From contig OZ244170.1 in the NCBI GenBank assembly GCA_965216565.1, forward strand, positions 3,008,001 to 3,072,000: a stretch of DNA of 64,000 bases, written 5' to 3'. Numbering within the stretch: position 1 is the stretch's first letter; every line of letters starts with the position of its first letter. The stretch is from Bythopirellula sp. (GTDB lineage Bacteria > Planctomycetota > Planctomycetia > Pirellulales > Lacipirellulaceae). Positions 51,249 to 61,859 of this stretch are shown one piece after another. The notes below the pieces were generated by a model. The model was given only the letters and a program-made list of their open reading frames with translations, made no database searches and was not told where the DNA came from. A program made the translations under genes and the position numbers.

Positions 51249-52574
51249 ATGAATGCTCGCCCCAACTCAGCTCGACGTGTTGTCATCACCGGCCTCGGTG
51301 CCATTTCGCCGCTGGGCAATAACGTCGCCGAACTTTGGAGTGGACTCTCCTCTGGCCGCAGTGGCGTGGCTCCGCTGGAGATCATGCCCACGCTCGAGGG
51401 CAAGGTTCACTATGGCGGCGAAGCCGAGACATTCTCTGGCAAGATCGATGACTTTGGTACTCTCAACAAGACCGCCAAAAAGACGATCCGCAAAGCACTG
51501 AAGGTGATGTGCCGCGAAACGATGATGGCAATCGCCTGTGCCCAGCAAGCCGCCGCCGATGGCGGTTTTGCCGAGGAGCCTATGGATCCGGAACGTTCCG
51601 GCGTCGTGTTTGGCAGTGATTATATGCTCAGTCCTCCCGACGATTTCGAGGCGGGCATGATCAAGTGCGGGGCGGCCGATTCGGATTTCGACTATCCGCG
51701 CTGGGGCAACGATGGCCTTGGGGAAATGAATCCCCTGTGGATGCTCAAATTCCTACCCAACATGCCCGCCAGTCACATTGCGATTATCAACGACCTTCGT
51801 GGCCCTAATAATTCGCTAACTCTGCGAGAAGTTTCGGGGCTGGCCGCAGTGCGCGAAGCAGCCCAAACCATCGAACGTGGCCATGCGGACCGCATGATCG
51901 CTGGGGCAACGGGCACGCGGCTGCACACATTCAAGACAGTTCATGCAGCCCAAACCGAGCAACTCGCCGACCCTGAATTGGATCCTGCCGAGGCATCTCG
52001 CCCTTTCGACGCCAACCGCACTGGCATGGTGGTCGGCGAAGGTGCCGGAGCCATCTTGTTGGAAGAACTGGAATCAGCAACCGCCCGAGGAGCGACTATT
52101 TACGGCGAAATTGTTGGAACCGGACTCAGCACCGTGACCGACGCGAATCTCTCGGGATCGCCGATTAAAGCCTTCTCCAATGCTGCCCATGTGGCACTCC
52201 AACAGTCGGCCCTACAACCTGGAGACTTGGGCCACGTGAATGCTCATGGCCTGGGCACTCAGGCCAGCGATCAGGCCGAGTCGGAGGCAATCCGCGGGGT
52301 ACTCGGCGGGTCGGCAGAAAAGCTACCTGTGTTTGCCGCCAAGAGTTACTTTGGAAATCTGGGCTCTGGCAGTGGCATGGTGGAATTAATCGCCAGCACG
52401 CTCGCACTCAAGGAAGGTCAACTGCCCCGGACTCTCAATTACGAAACGCCCGATCCCCAAGCCCCGCTCAACGTCACGAAGAACGGCGACGTGCCCGCTG
52501 GCTCCAGTTTTCTCAAGCTCAGCATCACTCCCCAGGCACAGGCTGCGGCGATCGTTGTCAGCCAGGCAACCTAG
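51249..52574 (+). CDS. FabF-like ketosynthase homologue with substituted active site
   Basis: RRVVITGLG, SRPFD..R.G.V.GEGA, NAHG retained; catalytic Cys position reads E (NNSLTLREVS) and the second His reads N (KSYFGN). Confidence 0.85.
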   Translation: MNARPNSARRVVITGLGAISPLGNNVAELWSGLSSGRSGVAPLEIMPTLEGKVHYGGEAETFSGKIDDFGTLNKTAKKTIRKALKVMCRETMMAIACAQQAAADGGFAEEPMDPERSGVVFGSDYMLSPPDDFEAGMIKCGAADSDFDYPRWGNDGLGEMNPLWMLKFLPNMPASHIAIINDLRGPNNSLTLREVSGLAAVREAAQTIERGHADRMIAGATGTRLHTFKTVHAAQTEQLADPELDPAEASRPFDANRTGMVVGEGAGAILLEELESATARGATIYGEIVGTGLSTVTDANLSGSPIKAFSNAAHVALQQSALQPGDLGHVNAHGLGTQASDQAESEAIRGVLGGSAEKLPVFAAKSYFGNLGSGSGMVELIASTLALKEGQLPRTLNYETPDPQAPLNVTKNGDVPAGSSFLKLSITPQAQAAAIVVSQAT

Positions 52575-52999
52575 CGGCAGGGTAGTAGCCTCCAAGAGCC
52601 AAAAGGAGCTCCTTCGACTGGGTGCTAAACCCTTGCCCACAGGCACTTGCCAATCCCTGGGCCCCTTGACGCTCGGCATTGCCGAGGCTACCTTTACGAG
52701 ATTGCGAACCACTATAAGTCTGCTTCGTAAAAGGAGTTTCGGCGGGCCGCCCATGCCCGGCAACCGGCGGCAATGGTTAGTTGTGTGCTCATTTAGCGCG
52801 CGGATGTTAGGCCAAACTCCACACGGCGAGTCGGGCTTGTGCAGAAGCGCGTTTTTTATATTTAGGCTTCGTGGCTGGAGACTTCGAGACTGGAGGAATC
52901 AAGTGTCCTCAAGCCCCTCGAAGCCTCCAACCTCAAAGCCTCCCCTAACAATTCGGTTTGCCGCGCAGCGGGCGAAATACGCTGCGGAAAGATTTCAAC

Positions 53000-54427
53000 A
53001 TGAACGCGAGTGAAGTACTGCGAATCGTCGATGCGATTCACCGCGACAAAAACATCGATAAGGAAATTGTGTTCGAAGGTATCGAAGCCGCACTGGTTTC
53101 TGCTGCCAAGAAGCACTATGGCGAAGAAGCCGACATCGAAGTCCATATCGATCGTGATAGTGGAGAAATCCAGGCAACACACGACGGCAACGAATTAGAT
53201 TCTGAAGAAACCGTGGGCCGCATCGGAGCCCAAACGGCCAAGCAGGTGATGATTCAGAAAATCCGCGAAGCCGAACGCGATGCCCTCTTCGACGAATACA
53301 CCGAACTAGTCGGCGAAATGGTCAGCGGAGTCGTCCAACGCTACGACGGCGGAGCGGCAACCGTCACGCTCACCAACGTCGAAGCCATTCTTCCTCGCAG
53401 CGAGCAAATCCCTGGCGAGTCGCATCACGTGAACGAACGTGTGCGAGCCACCGTCTTTGAAGTCCGCAAGAGCGGAAGCCGCGTGAAGGTCATCCTTAGT
53501 CGCGCCCGCCCTCAGCTGGTGCAGCGACTCTTCGAACAAGAGATCCCCGAGATCATCGACGGCGTGATCGAAGTGCGGGCCATGAGCCGCGAGCCGGGCT
53601 ATCGTTCCAAAGTGGCGGTCAGCAGCAGCGACCAGCGCGTCGATTGCGTCGGCGCATGTGTCGGCGTTCGCGGTAATCGGATCAAAAATATCGTCGACGA
53701 ACTCAGTGGCGAACGGATCGACATCGTCCGCTGGGACGACAACCTGGAAGTACTGATTCCCAATGCCTTGCAGCCCGCGGAAGTGGAGCAGGTGATTCTC
53801 TGCAAGATGCTAGGGCGTGCGATCGTTCTTGTCCGCGAAGACCAACTGTCGCTGGCGATTGGCAGGCGGGGGCAAAATGTTCGCCTCGCCAGCAAGCTTT
53901 CCGGTTGGGACATTGAGATCATGACCCAGGAAGAACTTGCCGAATCGATTGATCGCGCGGTGCAGGGCTTTAGCTCCATCGCAGGCGTCGAAGTCGAACT
54001 CGCCGAACGACTGGTGGAAGAAGGTTTCCTCAGCTACGACGACCTCTCGATCATCGAGCCCGATGCTTTGATGGCCATGGGCAGTTTGTCGGCCGAGCAA
54101 GTCGATACAATTGTCGAACAAGCCGAAGCTCGCGCCGAGGAGGCAGAGGCAGCCGCCGATGCAGCCCGCAAGCTAAAGCGCGAGCAAGAGCGTATCGCCC
54201 GCGCTGAAGCCGAAGAGGCCGAAGCCCTTGCCAAGCTCGAAGCAGAGAAGGCAGAAGCCGAGGGCACAGCCCCCACCGAAGGAGAAGCACCCGCTGAAGG
54301 TGAAGCTGCCGCAGAGCCGGCAGCCGAGGGTGAAGACTCTGCTCCGGAGGCAGCTACCGATAATTCAGTTGAAACGAATGAAGTAGAAGAAGAGCCAACC
54401 CGCGTAGGCGATGGCGAAACAGGATAA
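53000..54427 (+). CDS. nusA: Transcription termination/antitermination protein NusA
   Basis: [20 protein letters not shown]1 and KH domains ([24 protein letters not shown]). Confidence 0.97.
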   Translation: MNASEVLRIVDAIHRDKNIDKEIVFEGIEAALVSAAKKHYGEEADIEVHIDRDSGEIQATHDGNELDSEETVGRIGAQTAKQVMIQKIREAERDALFDEYTELVGEMVSGVVQRYDGGAATVTLTNVEAILPRSEQIPGESHHVNERVRATVFEVRKSGSRVKVILSRARPQLVQRLFEQEIPEIIDGVIEVRAMSREPGYRSKVAVSSSDQRVDCVGACVGVRGNRIKNIVDELSGERIDIVRWDDNLEVLIPNALQPAEVEQVILCKMLGRAIVLVREDQLSLAIGRRGQNVRLASKLSGWDIEIMTQEELAESIDRAVQGFSSIAGVEVELAERLVEEGFLSYDDLSIIEPDALMAMGSLSAEQVDTIVEQAEARAEEAEAAADAARKLKREQERIARAEAEEAEALAKLEAEKAEAEGTAPTEGEAPAEGEAAAEPAAEGEDSAPEAATDNSVETNEVEEEPTRVGDGETG

Positions 54428-54614
54428 CTAAGCCCGGCAAACGAATCCTCGTTTGCCAATATTTCAGGAGGACGTTGGTTATGGTTTCCTAGTACACTAT
54501 TAATTTGCGCGACGGCCTTGATGACAGGCGTTTGTGTTTCTGGCAGAGAAACCTGGTTTCTCGCAGAAGTTTTAATTTTCGCAGGAAATCTGGCGCGTCG
54601 CAGGAGAACTTGAT

Positions 54615-57386
54615 TTGGCGGTCCGAATTTACGCATTAGCGAAGGAACTGAAAGTTGACAGCAAGGAGCTGGTTGATATCTGCAACAAAGTGGGTATCCG
54701 AGGCAAGGGGTCTGCGCTAGCCAGTCTGTCTGACGAGGAAGTCGCCAAACTTCGCGACCACTTCAGCGGTGGTGGTGGCGCCGCCGAAGCCCCTGCTGCT
54801 CCGTCGAAGGCTGCTCCCGCACCCGAACGTCCCCGCGACGCCGCTCGCACCACTGGCAAAATGCCAGTTATCAGCACACCACGGCCCGCTTCGCCTCTCT
54901 CGGATTTTCGCAAACCGAAAGAAGAACAGCCCGCTCCCGAAGCCGAGGCTCCCGCCGAACCGCCCTCCCCCGTGCAAACCGAAGCCGCCTCAGCCCCGCC
55001 CAGCGCAGCATCTACGCCCGATGCGAAAGGTTCCGGTCCGTTGGCTGGCGTCATGCGTCGCGACGACTACGTGGGCCCCGGCGGAGTAACAGGCAAGCCG
55101 CCCACGCTCGACGAACAAAAGCCCGCCGCCCGCGAGCAGAAGCCTGGCCCCGGCAACGGCAATACCGGCCCACGATCCCGCCCAGCGGTAAAGTTGGCGC
55201 CGATGCCCGAAGTGGGCCCAGCGGCTCCCACCACCGGCAAGAAGGCCGAAGCAGAGCCCACCCAAAAACCAGATCTCAAACTACCAGCCGATGCGCTGCG
55301 TGCCGGCAAGACTGGCAGCAAGCCGCTATCTGCCCACCTGAGGCGTCACGAAGAATCGCTGGAAACTAGCAAACGTCGCGGCGGAAAACCCCTCACCCCC
55401 GTTGAAGAACTTCCCGCGGAGGGCAAGGGCGGCGACAAAAAGCGCGGCAAACGCGGCAAAGGCAAAGACTCCGAAACACCCATGCTCGGCGGCCGCGAGC
55501 ATCGGCAACTCAATCGGAGTCGATCCGCACCGCGTGGCAATCGCCCCATGCGTCGTTCGTTCCGTCGCTCCAGAAAGAGCGGCGTTAGCACGGCAGCCCC
55601 ACGTAAAGAAAAAGTCTCGCTACAACTTCCTTGCACCGTTCGCGAATTCTCCGAAGCCGCAGGGGTTCCAGCCAGCCAGATCCTTCGCATCCTGATGGAA
55701 GAGGGAGTGATGACCACCATCACTGCCGCAATGGACCCCGATCTCACAGAGTTGGTCGCTGCCGAGTTGGACGTCGACATCGTTTTGAAGGAAGCCGTCA
55801 GCTTCGAAGATCAAATGCTCTCCGATATTCGGGATCAAGAAGACGACGATGCATCGCTCGTGCCGCGACCTCCAGTGATCACCTTTCTGGGGCACGTCGA
55901 CCACGGCAAGACCTCGTTGCTTGACAAGATTATCAATATCGATGTCGTTAGCGGCGAAAGTGGCGGCATTACCCAGCACATTCGCGCATACACCATCGAC
56001 AAAGACGGACGACAGCTATCCTTTGTCGATACGCCTGGCCACGAAGCATTCACAGAGATGCGTGCCCGGGGTGCCAACGTCACCGACATTGCCGTGCTGG
56101 TAGTTGCCGCTGACGATGGCGTGATGCCTCAAACCGAAGAAGCCATTAGCCATGCCCGGGCCGCCGAGGTGCCCATCGTGGTGGCTTTAAATAAGTCCGA
56201 TCTCCCGGGCGTCGATATTAATCGCGTGATGCAAGGACTTTCGACCAACGACCTGCTGCCCAGTGAATGGGGTGGCGAAGTGGAAGTGATCCAAACCAGT
56301 GCCATCACGGGCGACGGGGTCGATGACTTACTCGAAACGCTGCTCACGGTCGCCGAACTGCACGAGTACAAAGCCAATCCCGATCGCGCCGCTCTTGGCA
56401 CGTGTCTGGAAGCTCAGCAAGAAGCGGGCCGCGGCGTCGTGGCCAAAATGATTGTGCAAAACGGCACGTTGCGGGTGGGCGATGTTGTTGTCTGCGGCGA
56501 ATCTTTTGGCCGTGTCAAAGCAATGTACGACACACTCAATCCTACCAAGCGCGTGGAAGAGGCCGGGCCCAGCACCCCAGTCAATCTCACCGGCTTCGAC
56601 ACAGCTCCGGGTGCCGGCGAGCATTTTTATGTGCTCGACGACATCGCCGATGCACGAACTATTGCCGAAACGCGATCTCACGTCGAGCGCACCGCTTCGT
56701 TGGGTGGCGGCGTGGAGCACGTGACTCTGGAAAATCTGTTCGATCGACTCGATGGTGCGGAAGAGGTTCAAACCCTGAATCTTATCTTGCGGGCCGACGT
56801 ACGCGGATCCATCGAAGCCATTCAGAAAGAACTGGAAAAGCTCGAGCATCCCGAGGTGCGGGTCAAACTGCTGCAAGCCTCGGTCGGCGGTATTTCCGAA
56901 GCCGACGTGACACTGGCCGATGCCTCCGACGCAATTATCATGGGCTTCAACGTGGTGCCCGACGAGCAAGCTCGTCAATTGGCCGATAAGCGCGGCGTGC
57001 AGATTCGCCGGTACGAAGTGATTTACAAAATCACCGAGGAACTGAAGGCCGCACTCGAAGGATTGCTCAAACCAGAAGAACGCGAAATCGATTTGGGTCG
57101 TGCTCTGGTGCAACAGACCTTCAAAATCAGCCGAGTCGGCACTGCCGCCGGTTGCCGGGTACTGGCGGGCACTGTGGCTCGCGATGGTCGGGCTCGCGTG
57201 ATTCGCGATAACACCATCATCGGCGACTACGCCATCGGAACTCTACGCCGCGAAAAGGACGACACCAAGGAAGTCCGTGAAGGCATGGAATGCGGTATCC
57301 GTTTGGCGGGATTCAACGATGTCAAGGAAGGCGACATGTTCGAAGTTTACAAAATTGAAGAAGTTGGCCGCAGCTTCGATGACTAG
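54615..57386 (+). CDS. infB: Translation initiation factor IF-2 (TTG start)
   Basis: [10 protein letters not shown]-domain, [29 protein letters not shown]. Confidence 0.97.
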   Translation: MAVRIYALAKELKVDSKELVDICNKVGIRGKGSALASLSDEEVAKLRDHFSGGGGAAEAPAAPSKAAPAPERPRDAARTTGKMPVISTPRPASPLSDFRKPKEEQPAPEAEAPAEPPSPVQTEAASAPPSAASTPDAKGSGPLAGVMRRDDYVGPGGVTGKPPTLDEQKPAAREQKPGPGNGNTGPRSRPAVKLAPMPEVGPAAPTTGKKAEAEPTQKPDLKLPADALRAGKTGSKPLSAHLRRHEESLETSKRRGGKPLTPVEELPAEGKGGDKKRGKRGKGKDSETPMLGGREHRQLNRSRSAPRGNRPMRRSFRRSRKSGVSTAAPRKEKVSLQLPCTVREFSEAAGVPASQILRILMEEGVMTTITAAMDPDLTELVAAELDVDIVLKEAVSFEDQMLSDIRDQEDDDASLVPRPPVITFLGHVDHGKTSLLDKIINIDVVSGESGGITQHIRAYTIDKDGRQLSFVDTPGHEAFTEMRARGANVTDIAVLVVAADDGVMPQTEEAISHARAAEVPIVVALNKSDLPGVDINRVMQGLSTNDLLPSEWGGEVEVIQTSAITGDGVDDLLETLLTVAELHEYKANPDRAALGTCLEAQQEAGRGVVAKMIVQNGTLRVGDVVVCGESFGRVKAMYDTLNPTKRVEEAGPSTPVNLTGFDTAPGAGEHFYVLDDIADARTIAETRSHVERTASLGGGVEHVTLENLFDRLDGAEEVQTLNLILRADVRGSIEAIQKELEKLEHPEVRVKLLQASVGGISEADVTLADASDAIIMGFNVVPDEQARQLADKRGVQIRRYEVIYKITEELKAALEGLLKPEEREIDLGRALVQQTFKISRVGTAAGCRVLAGTVARDGRARVIRDNTIIGDYAIGTLRREKDDTKEVREGMECGIRLAGFNDVKEGDMFEVYKIEEVGRSFDD

Positions 57387-57475
57387 ATTGCCAGTGGTTC
57401 GTGGTTCTTGGTTCCTAGCGTTCAAGACTCACCCAAATCTAACTACGATCTCCAGCCTACTCCCACCGACTAAAC

Positions 57476-57874
57476 ATGACTTCTCGCCGAACACAAAAAG
57501 CAGCCGAAGCAATTCGCGAGGTGGTAAGCATGGCGATTCTTACCGACCTCAAGGATCCGCGCGTCGAGGGAGTGACCGTCACGTATGTTGAGGTGACGCC
57601 CGATATGCGTACGGCCAAAGTACATGTATCGATCATGGGAGACGAGGCGGCTCAGAAACTCTGCCTGCATGGCCTGAAAAGCTCCGCCGGTTTTCTGCAG
57701 CAGAAAGTCTCCAAGCGGATCGATACCCGCTACACCCCGCGTATTCAATTCGAGCTCGATATGGGCGTCAAAAACTCAATCGCCATCGCCAAGATGCTCA
57801 GCGACGTGCTCCCCACAGAACCACCCCCGCAAGACGAAGAGTCCGACACGGAGCCAGCGCCCGAACAGCCTTGA
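57476..57874 (+). CDS. rbfA: Ribosome-binding factor A
   Basis: LKDPR...VTVT.VEV..D...AKV.VS, RYTP.I.F..D. Confidence 0.95.
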   Translation: MTSRRTQKAAEAIREVVSMAILTDLKDPRVEGVTVTYVEVTPDMRTAKVHVSIMGDEAAQKLCLHGLKSSAGFLQQKVSKRIDTRYTPRIQFELDMGVKNSIAIAKMLSDVLPTEPPPQDEESDTEPAPEQP

Positions 57875-57955
57875 CTTCGACGTCGCGAGAACCCGACCAT
57901 TCTTTCGTACTTATTTTCTATTCCTTCCTCTCCAAGTGTCTGAGAATCTTTCCCG

Positions 57956-58948
57956 ATGGCTAGCAATAATCGCGCCACACAAATTAACAAAGTCCTCAAG
58001 GTCGTCAAAAAGCACTATAAGCCGGTTGAACCTGTGAACGACCGTTCGGTTCTGGAGCATTTGCTCTATGCGTGTTTGCTGGAGAACTCGCTGCACGAGC
58101 CCGCCACGCAAGTGCTTAATGAGCTGAAGAGCGACTATTTCGATTGGAACGAAGTCCGCGTGAGCTCGGTTCGCGAACTTAGCGAGGCAATGAAGCCGCT
58201 CAACGACCCCGAGGATTCGGCCACGCGGCTCAAGCGTGTTCTGCAGAGCGTATTCGAAACGCAGTACTCCTTCGACATGGAGCCGCTGAAAAAGCAGAAC
58301 ATCGGCCAAACGGTCAAGCAGATCCAAAAATACAATGGCTCCTCGCCATTCACCGTAGCCTATATCACCCAAAACGCACTCGGCGGGCATGCGGTCCCCG
58401 TCAATAGTGGACTCTTAGAGGCAATGCGAGTGGTGGGAGTGATTTCCGATTCGGAAGCCGCTAAGCACTCAGTGCCCGGCCTCGAACGGGCAGTGCCCAA
58501 AACCAAAGGTTACGAAGTTGGAACCATGCTCCACCAACTGGGCGTCGAACTGAGCCGCAGTCCCTACGGACCAACGATCCGCAAACTGTTGTTGGAAATC
58601 GAACCTTCCTGCAAAGACGACTTACCTAAGCGACCCAGCAAAAAGGCCGCTGAGAAGAAACCTGATCAGAAAAAGGCTGATGAGAAAAAAGCTGCCGAGA
58701 AGAAGTCGGCTGAGAAAAAATCCGACGCGAAAGCCACAAAGAAGAAAGCAGCCGAAAAACCAGCGGCCAAGAAGAGCGGCAAGCCGGTAAAGAAGAAAAA
58801 GGTTGTCAAGAAAAAGAAAGCTGCCACCAAACCTACCAAGAAGAAAAAGGTAGTTAAGAAAAAGAAAAAAGTGGCGAAAAAGAAGAAAGTTGCCAAAGGC
58901 AAAAAGAAAACCACATCGCGTAAACTGTCTCGCAAGAAACCGAAATAG
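57956..58948 (+). CDS. HhH-GPD/endonuclease III-like fold protein with histone H1-like Lys-rich tail
   Basis: FDWNEVRVS...EL motif; last ~100 aa are K/A/V-rich. Confidence 0.65.
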   Translation: MASNNRATQINKVLKVVKKHYKPVEPVNDRSVLEHLLYACLLENSLHEPATQVLNELKSDYFDWNEVRVSSVRELSEAMKPLNDPEDSATRLKRVLQSVFETQYSFDMEPLKKQNIGQTVKQIQKYNGSSPFTVAYITQNALGGHAVPVNSGLLEAMRVVGVISDSEAAKHSVPGLERAVPKTKGYEVGTMLHQLGVELSRSPYGPTIRKLLLEIEPSCKDDLPKRPSKKAAEKKPDQKKADEKKAAEKKSAEKKSDAKATKKKAAEKPAAKKSGKPVKKKKVVKKKKAATKPTKKKKVVKKKKKVAKKKKVAKGKKKTTSRKLSRKKPK

Positions 58949-58982
58949 GTAGAAAAGCGAGTTGGTCTCAAAGCCAAGTCCG

Positions 58983-59054
58983 TACTCACTTACTCACTTA
59001 CTCACTTACTCACTTACTCACTTACTCACTTACTCACTTACTCACTTACTCACT
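58983..59054 (+). repeat. Perfect tandem repeat (TACTCACT)x9
   Basis: Nine exact 8-bp units ending 22 bp before the yebC ATG. Confidence 0.95.
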
Positions 59055-59076
59055 CTAGCACCCCTAACCCCTGACA

Positions 59077-59829
59077 ATGGCTGGACATTCACACTGGGCG
59101 GGCATTAAGCACAAGAAAGCCCTGATCGATAACAAACGCGGCAAGCTTTGGAGCAAACTCTCCAAGGCCATCATCGTGGCGGCGTCCAGTGGCGGCGGCG
59201 ATCCCGATACCAATCTGCGCCTGCGTTACGCGATCAACGACGCCAAAGCCGTCAGCATGCCCAAGGACAACATCGAACGGGCTATCAAAAAAGGCTCTGG
59301 CGAGCTCGAGGGGGGCCATTACGACGAAGTCCTCTACGAAGGTTACGGACCTGGTGGCGTAGCTGTGCTTTGCGAAATTCTCACCGACAACCGCAATCGC
59401 ACCGCCCCTGAAGTCAGGAAGATTTTTGAGGTTGCCGGCGGAAAACTTGGCGCCACCGGCTGCGTGGCCTGGATGTTTCAGCGCAAAGGGGTCGTGCTAA
59501 TCGACGCGGCAAAAACCAACGAAGAAGCGCTCATGGATCTGGCTATCGAAGCGGGTGCTGAGGACGTGAAAGCGAATGGCGACCAATTCGAAGTCGTCGC
59601 CAGCCCCGACAACTTCTCCGATGTGCAGCAAGCCATCGAACAGGCCGAAATCACCTCTGAGTCTTCCAACATCGCCTGGCTCCCCGACGATACGGTCGAC
59701 CTCGACGCCGACACCGCCCGCAAAGTGCTGAAAATGATGGACCAGCTCGACGACCACGACGACGTGCAAAGCGTCGCCGCGAATTTCAACATCCCCGAAG
59801 ATGCCCTGGCGGAAATCGAAGCGGAATAG
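59077..59829 (+). CDS. yebC: YebC/PmpR family protein
   Basis: MAGHSHWAGIKHKK, YEGYGPGG, TDNRNRT, DDVQ.V..N. Confidence 0.96.
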   Translation: MAGHSHWAGIKHKKALIDNKRGKLWSKLSKAIIVAASSGGGDPDTNLRLRYAINDAKAVSMPKDNIERAIKKGSGELEGGHYDEVLYEGYGPGGVAVLCEILTDNRNRTAPEVRKIFEVAGGKLGATGCVAWMFQRKGVVLIDAAKTNEEALMDLAIEAGAEDVKANGDQFEVVASPDNFSDVQQAIEQAEITSESSNIAWLPDDTVDLDADTARKVLKMMDQLDDHDDVQSVAANFNIPEDALAEIEAE

Positions 59830-59890
59830 TGCGGAGAGCAAAGATCCGCAACGACACAACGACGCAACGGCATTACGATTAGATAACAAA

Positions 59891-59985
59891 GTAGGGTGGG
59901 CTAGAGCGCAGCGGCAGCCCACCGACTTCTCTTACTTGGCGCTTTCCGAGACGGTGGGCCGTCGCTGCGCTTTGGCCCACCCTAC
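59891..59985. repeat. GTAG-family REP doublet (REPIN-like)
   Basis: GTAGGGTGGGCTAGAGCGCAGCGGCAGCCCACC ... GGTGGGCCGTCGCTGCGCTTTGGCCCACCCTAC. Confidence 0.8.
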
Positions 59986-60015
59986 ACATTGGTGCGAATT
60001 GCAGGACCAAATCAG

Positions 60016-60115
60016 GAGTCGAAAAACAGGGATTGGCTCGACGCGATAACAGATCGAACCCACGACGCACGCAGCGGCGTCGTGCCTGTCCCTATTTTTC
60101 GACGGACCATCTGTA
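60016..60115 (-). repeat. ~100-bp GGGACAGGCAC...GAGCCA(G/A)TCCC element, inverted homologue of 15377-15476
   Basis: Its reverse complement aligns end to end with 15377-15476, including the flank TACAG(G/A)TGGTCCGTCGAAAAA. Confidence 0.8.
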
Positions 60116-60143
60116 GCCCCGCTGGAATCGATCGGACGCCCTC

Positions 60144-60794
60144 ATGCCAACTCAGAAATCACCCCCAGGCATTTGGGTCGGTCAGCCGCTTCATTATGTT
60201 TGCCTGATGATTCTCTCGTTCTTGGTATGGATTGCTTGGGCAAAGTTGGGCAAACCCTTTCCGATTGCGTTTTGGATCGCGATCGTCATCCCCATCGTGC
60301 ACCAGGTGTTTGTTCTCTTGGCGTGGCGGTTGGAATTGCGATCCAGGGCGATTAGCAATTCGATTGGCTTCGGCGGCTATCTCGCCATCTTCTTTGTGCT
60401 GTTCTTTGGCCGGTTTGTGGCGATAACCGTTCTCGCTTGGCTCGACCGCGGGAGTTTCGCGCTTGCCCGTCCGCTGCAGATCATTCTCACTACGCTTGCC
60501 GCCCTGCCCGGCATCTACGCTGGCTACAGCGTGGTGCGGTTCTTCGGCATGAAACGGGCCGCTGGGGCCGACCACTTTGATCCCCAATACCGCGACATGC
60601 CATTGGTCAACAAAGGGATCTTTCGGTTCACAAACAATGGCATGTACCGCTACGCGTTCCTCATCTTCTGGGCCATCGCGCTGGGTTTCAATTCCTCAGC
60701 AGCACTTACCGTGGCAGCGTTTAGCCACGCCTACATCTGGGTGCATTTCTACACCACGGAAAAACCCGACATGGATTACCTTTACGGCAAGTAG
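60144..60794 (+). CDS. Phospholipid methyltransferase (PEMT/ICMT-like) membrane protein
   Basis: FG..RA.G.DHF......PLV..GIF.FT.N.MY motif and YTTEKPDM..LYG end. Confidence 0.7.
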   Translation: MPTQKSPPGIWVGQPLHYVCLMILSFLVWIAWAKLGKPFPIAFWIAIVIPIVHQVFVLLAWRLELRSRAISNSIGFGGYLAIFFVLFFGRFVAITVLAWLDRGSFALARPLQIILTTLAALPGIYAGYSVVRFFGMKRAAGADHFDPQYRDMPLVNKGIFRFTNNGMYRYAFLIFWAIALGFNSSAALTVAAFSHAYIWVHFYTTEKPDMDYLYGK

Positions 60795-60920
60795 GATCGC
60801 CGGCTGGGAAAGGCCAGCCCATAACTCTAACGACATGGGTTACCGCCCAAATCCGTTGGAGCTTTCACTCCAAGTGCCAACTAAGCTCAGCGTTTCGCAC
60901 CGACGCGCCGTAACTTCTTA

Positions 60921-61859
60921 CTAATTCGGCTGGTGCTGAAATGCACCACGACAAATCAGGTACTGTACGATGACGGTCATGATCAACACCTGATTGCTAG
61001 GTTCGGGAATACTTGTACCGTATGCTCGCACACCAGAACCAAACGCAGTCGTAAAGTCGCCTTGATTGCTAGTTCCATTTCCTTCTTTGAGGATTTGAAT
61101 ATCTACAAACGCTTGATTGCCCTCAGCAATGGATGCGAATTCCAGGTGACTACCAAATTCTGCATTATTGCTTGCCACCACACCTGTCAGATGTGAAACG
61201 AGATTAATCCCATCAATTAATTGAGCAAGACTTGTGCCCGCTCCAAAAAAGAATTGCTCGGCGCCAGCCGTACTACCGAGTTGGAACAGCACATCTTCCG
61301 AAATGCCAAAAATCGGCGATTTGCCTCCGCTAAGATTAGTGATAGATGGGTCGGTGTCTTCCGGAGCATTGAATTGACCATCACCTAAGATACTTGTAAA
61401 GACGGCTTGGAATTCAGGTAAAGCATCAATTTTAGCTGCAAGGTCTGAAAGTTCTATTGATGTATCGTCATCTACGCTAATTCCAACAAAATCGTCCCCT
61501 AAGCTATTGGAGTAAGAATGTACTGCGAAGATACCAGAACCCAAATCCGTAGAATCAGTAAAGTAGATCGCCGTGTCATTCCAATGCTCGCCTGCTGTGA
61601 CAGCTGTGATAGTAATCTCTGAAAAGACTCTAAAAGGAAGCGTCGTATCGAAGGTTATTGTTGCTTCAGCAAACATTCCTGGAACTAATTCAGTTAGGTT
61701 TTGGATCTCAATGACTGCTGGAGTAGCTGAAAAGGCAGATTCTTCTACCGAATAGAGGGTGGCAAATGTTGCATTGGCTAATGCACTTCCTCCAGGAGTT
61801 AGAAGGCCAAGAGAGAGTATGACCAACAGATACTGGTAGATCTTTATAATTATAGACAC
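60921..61859 (-). CDS. Secreted protein with degenerate PEP-CTERM tail; body resembles the planctomycete flagellin variable domain
   Basis: Signal peptide; IPEPSN followed by a hydrophobic stretch; AT-rich DNA. Confidence 0.65.
   Translation of the reverse strand: MSIIIKIYQYLLVILSLGLLTPGGSALANATFATLYSVEESAFSATPAVIEIQNLTELVPGMFAEATITFDTTLPFRVFSEITITAVTAGEHWNDTAIYFTDSTDLGSGIFAVHSYSNSLGDDFVGISVDDDTSIELSDLAAKIDALPEFQAVFTSILGDGQFNAPEDTDPSITNLSGGKSPIFGISEDVLFQLGSTAGAEQFFFGAGTSLAQLIDGINLVSHLTGVVASNNAEFGSHLEFASIAEGNQAFVDIQILKEGNGTSNQGDFTTAFGSGVRAYGTSIPEPSNQVLIMTVIVQYLICRGAFQHQPN

Noticed and set aside
58983..59054. Possible CRISPR array
   Set aside because: Contiguous 8-bp units with no spacers and no cas genes; it is a microsatellite.
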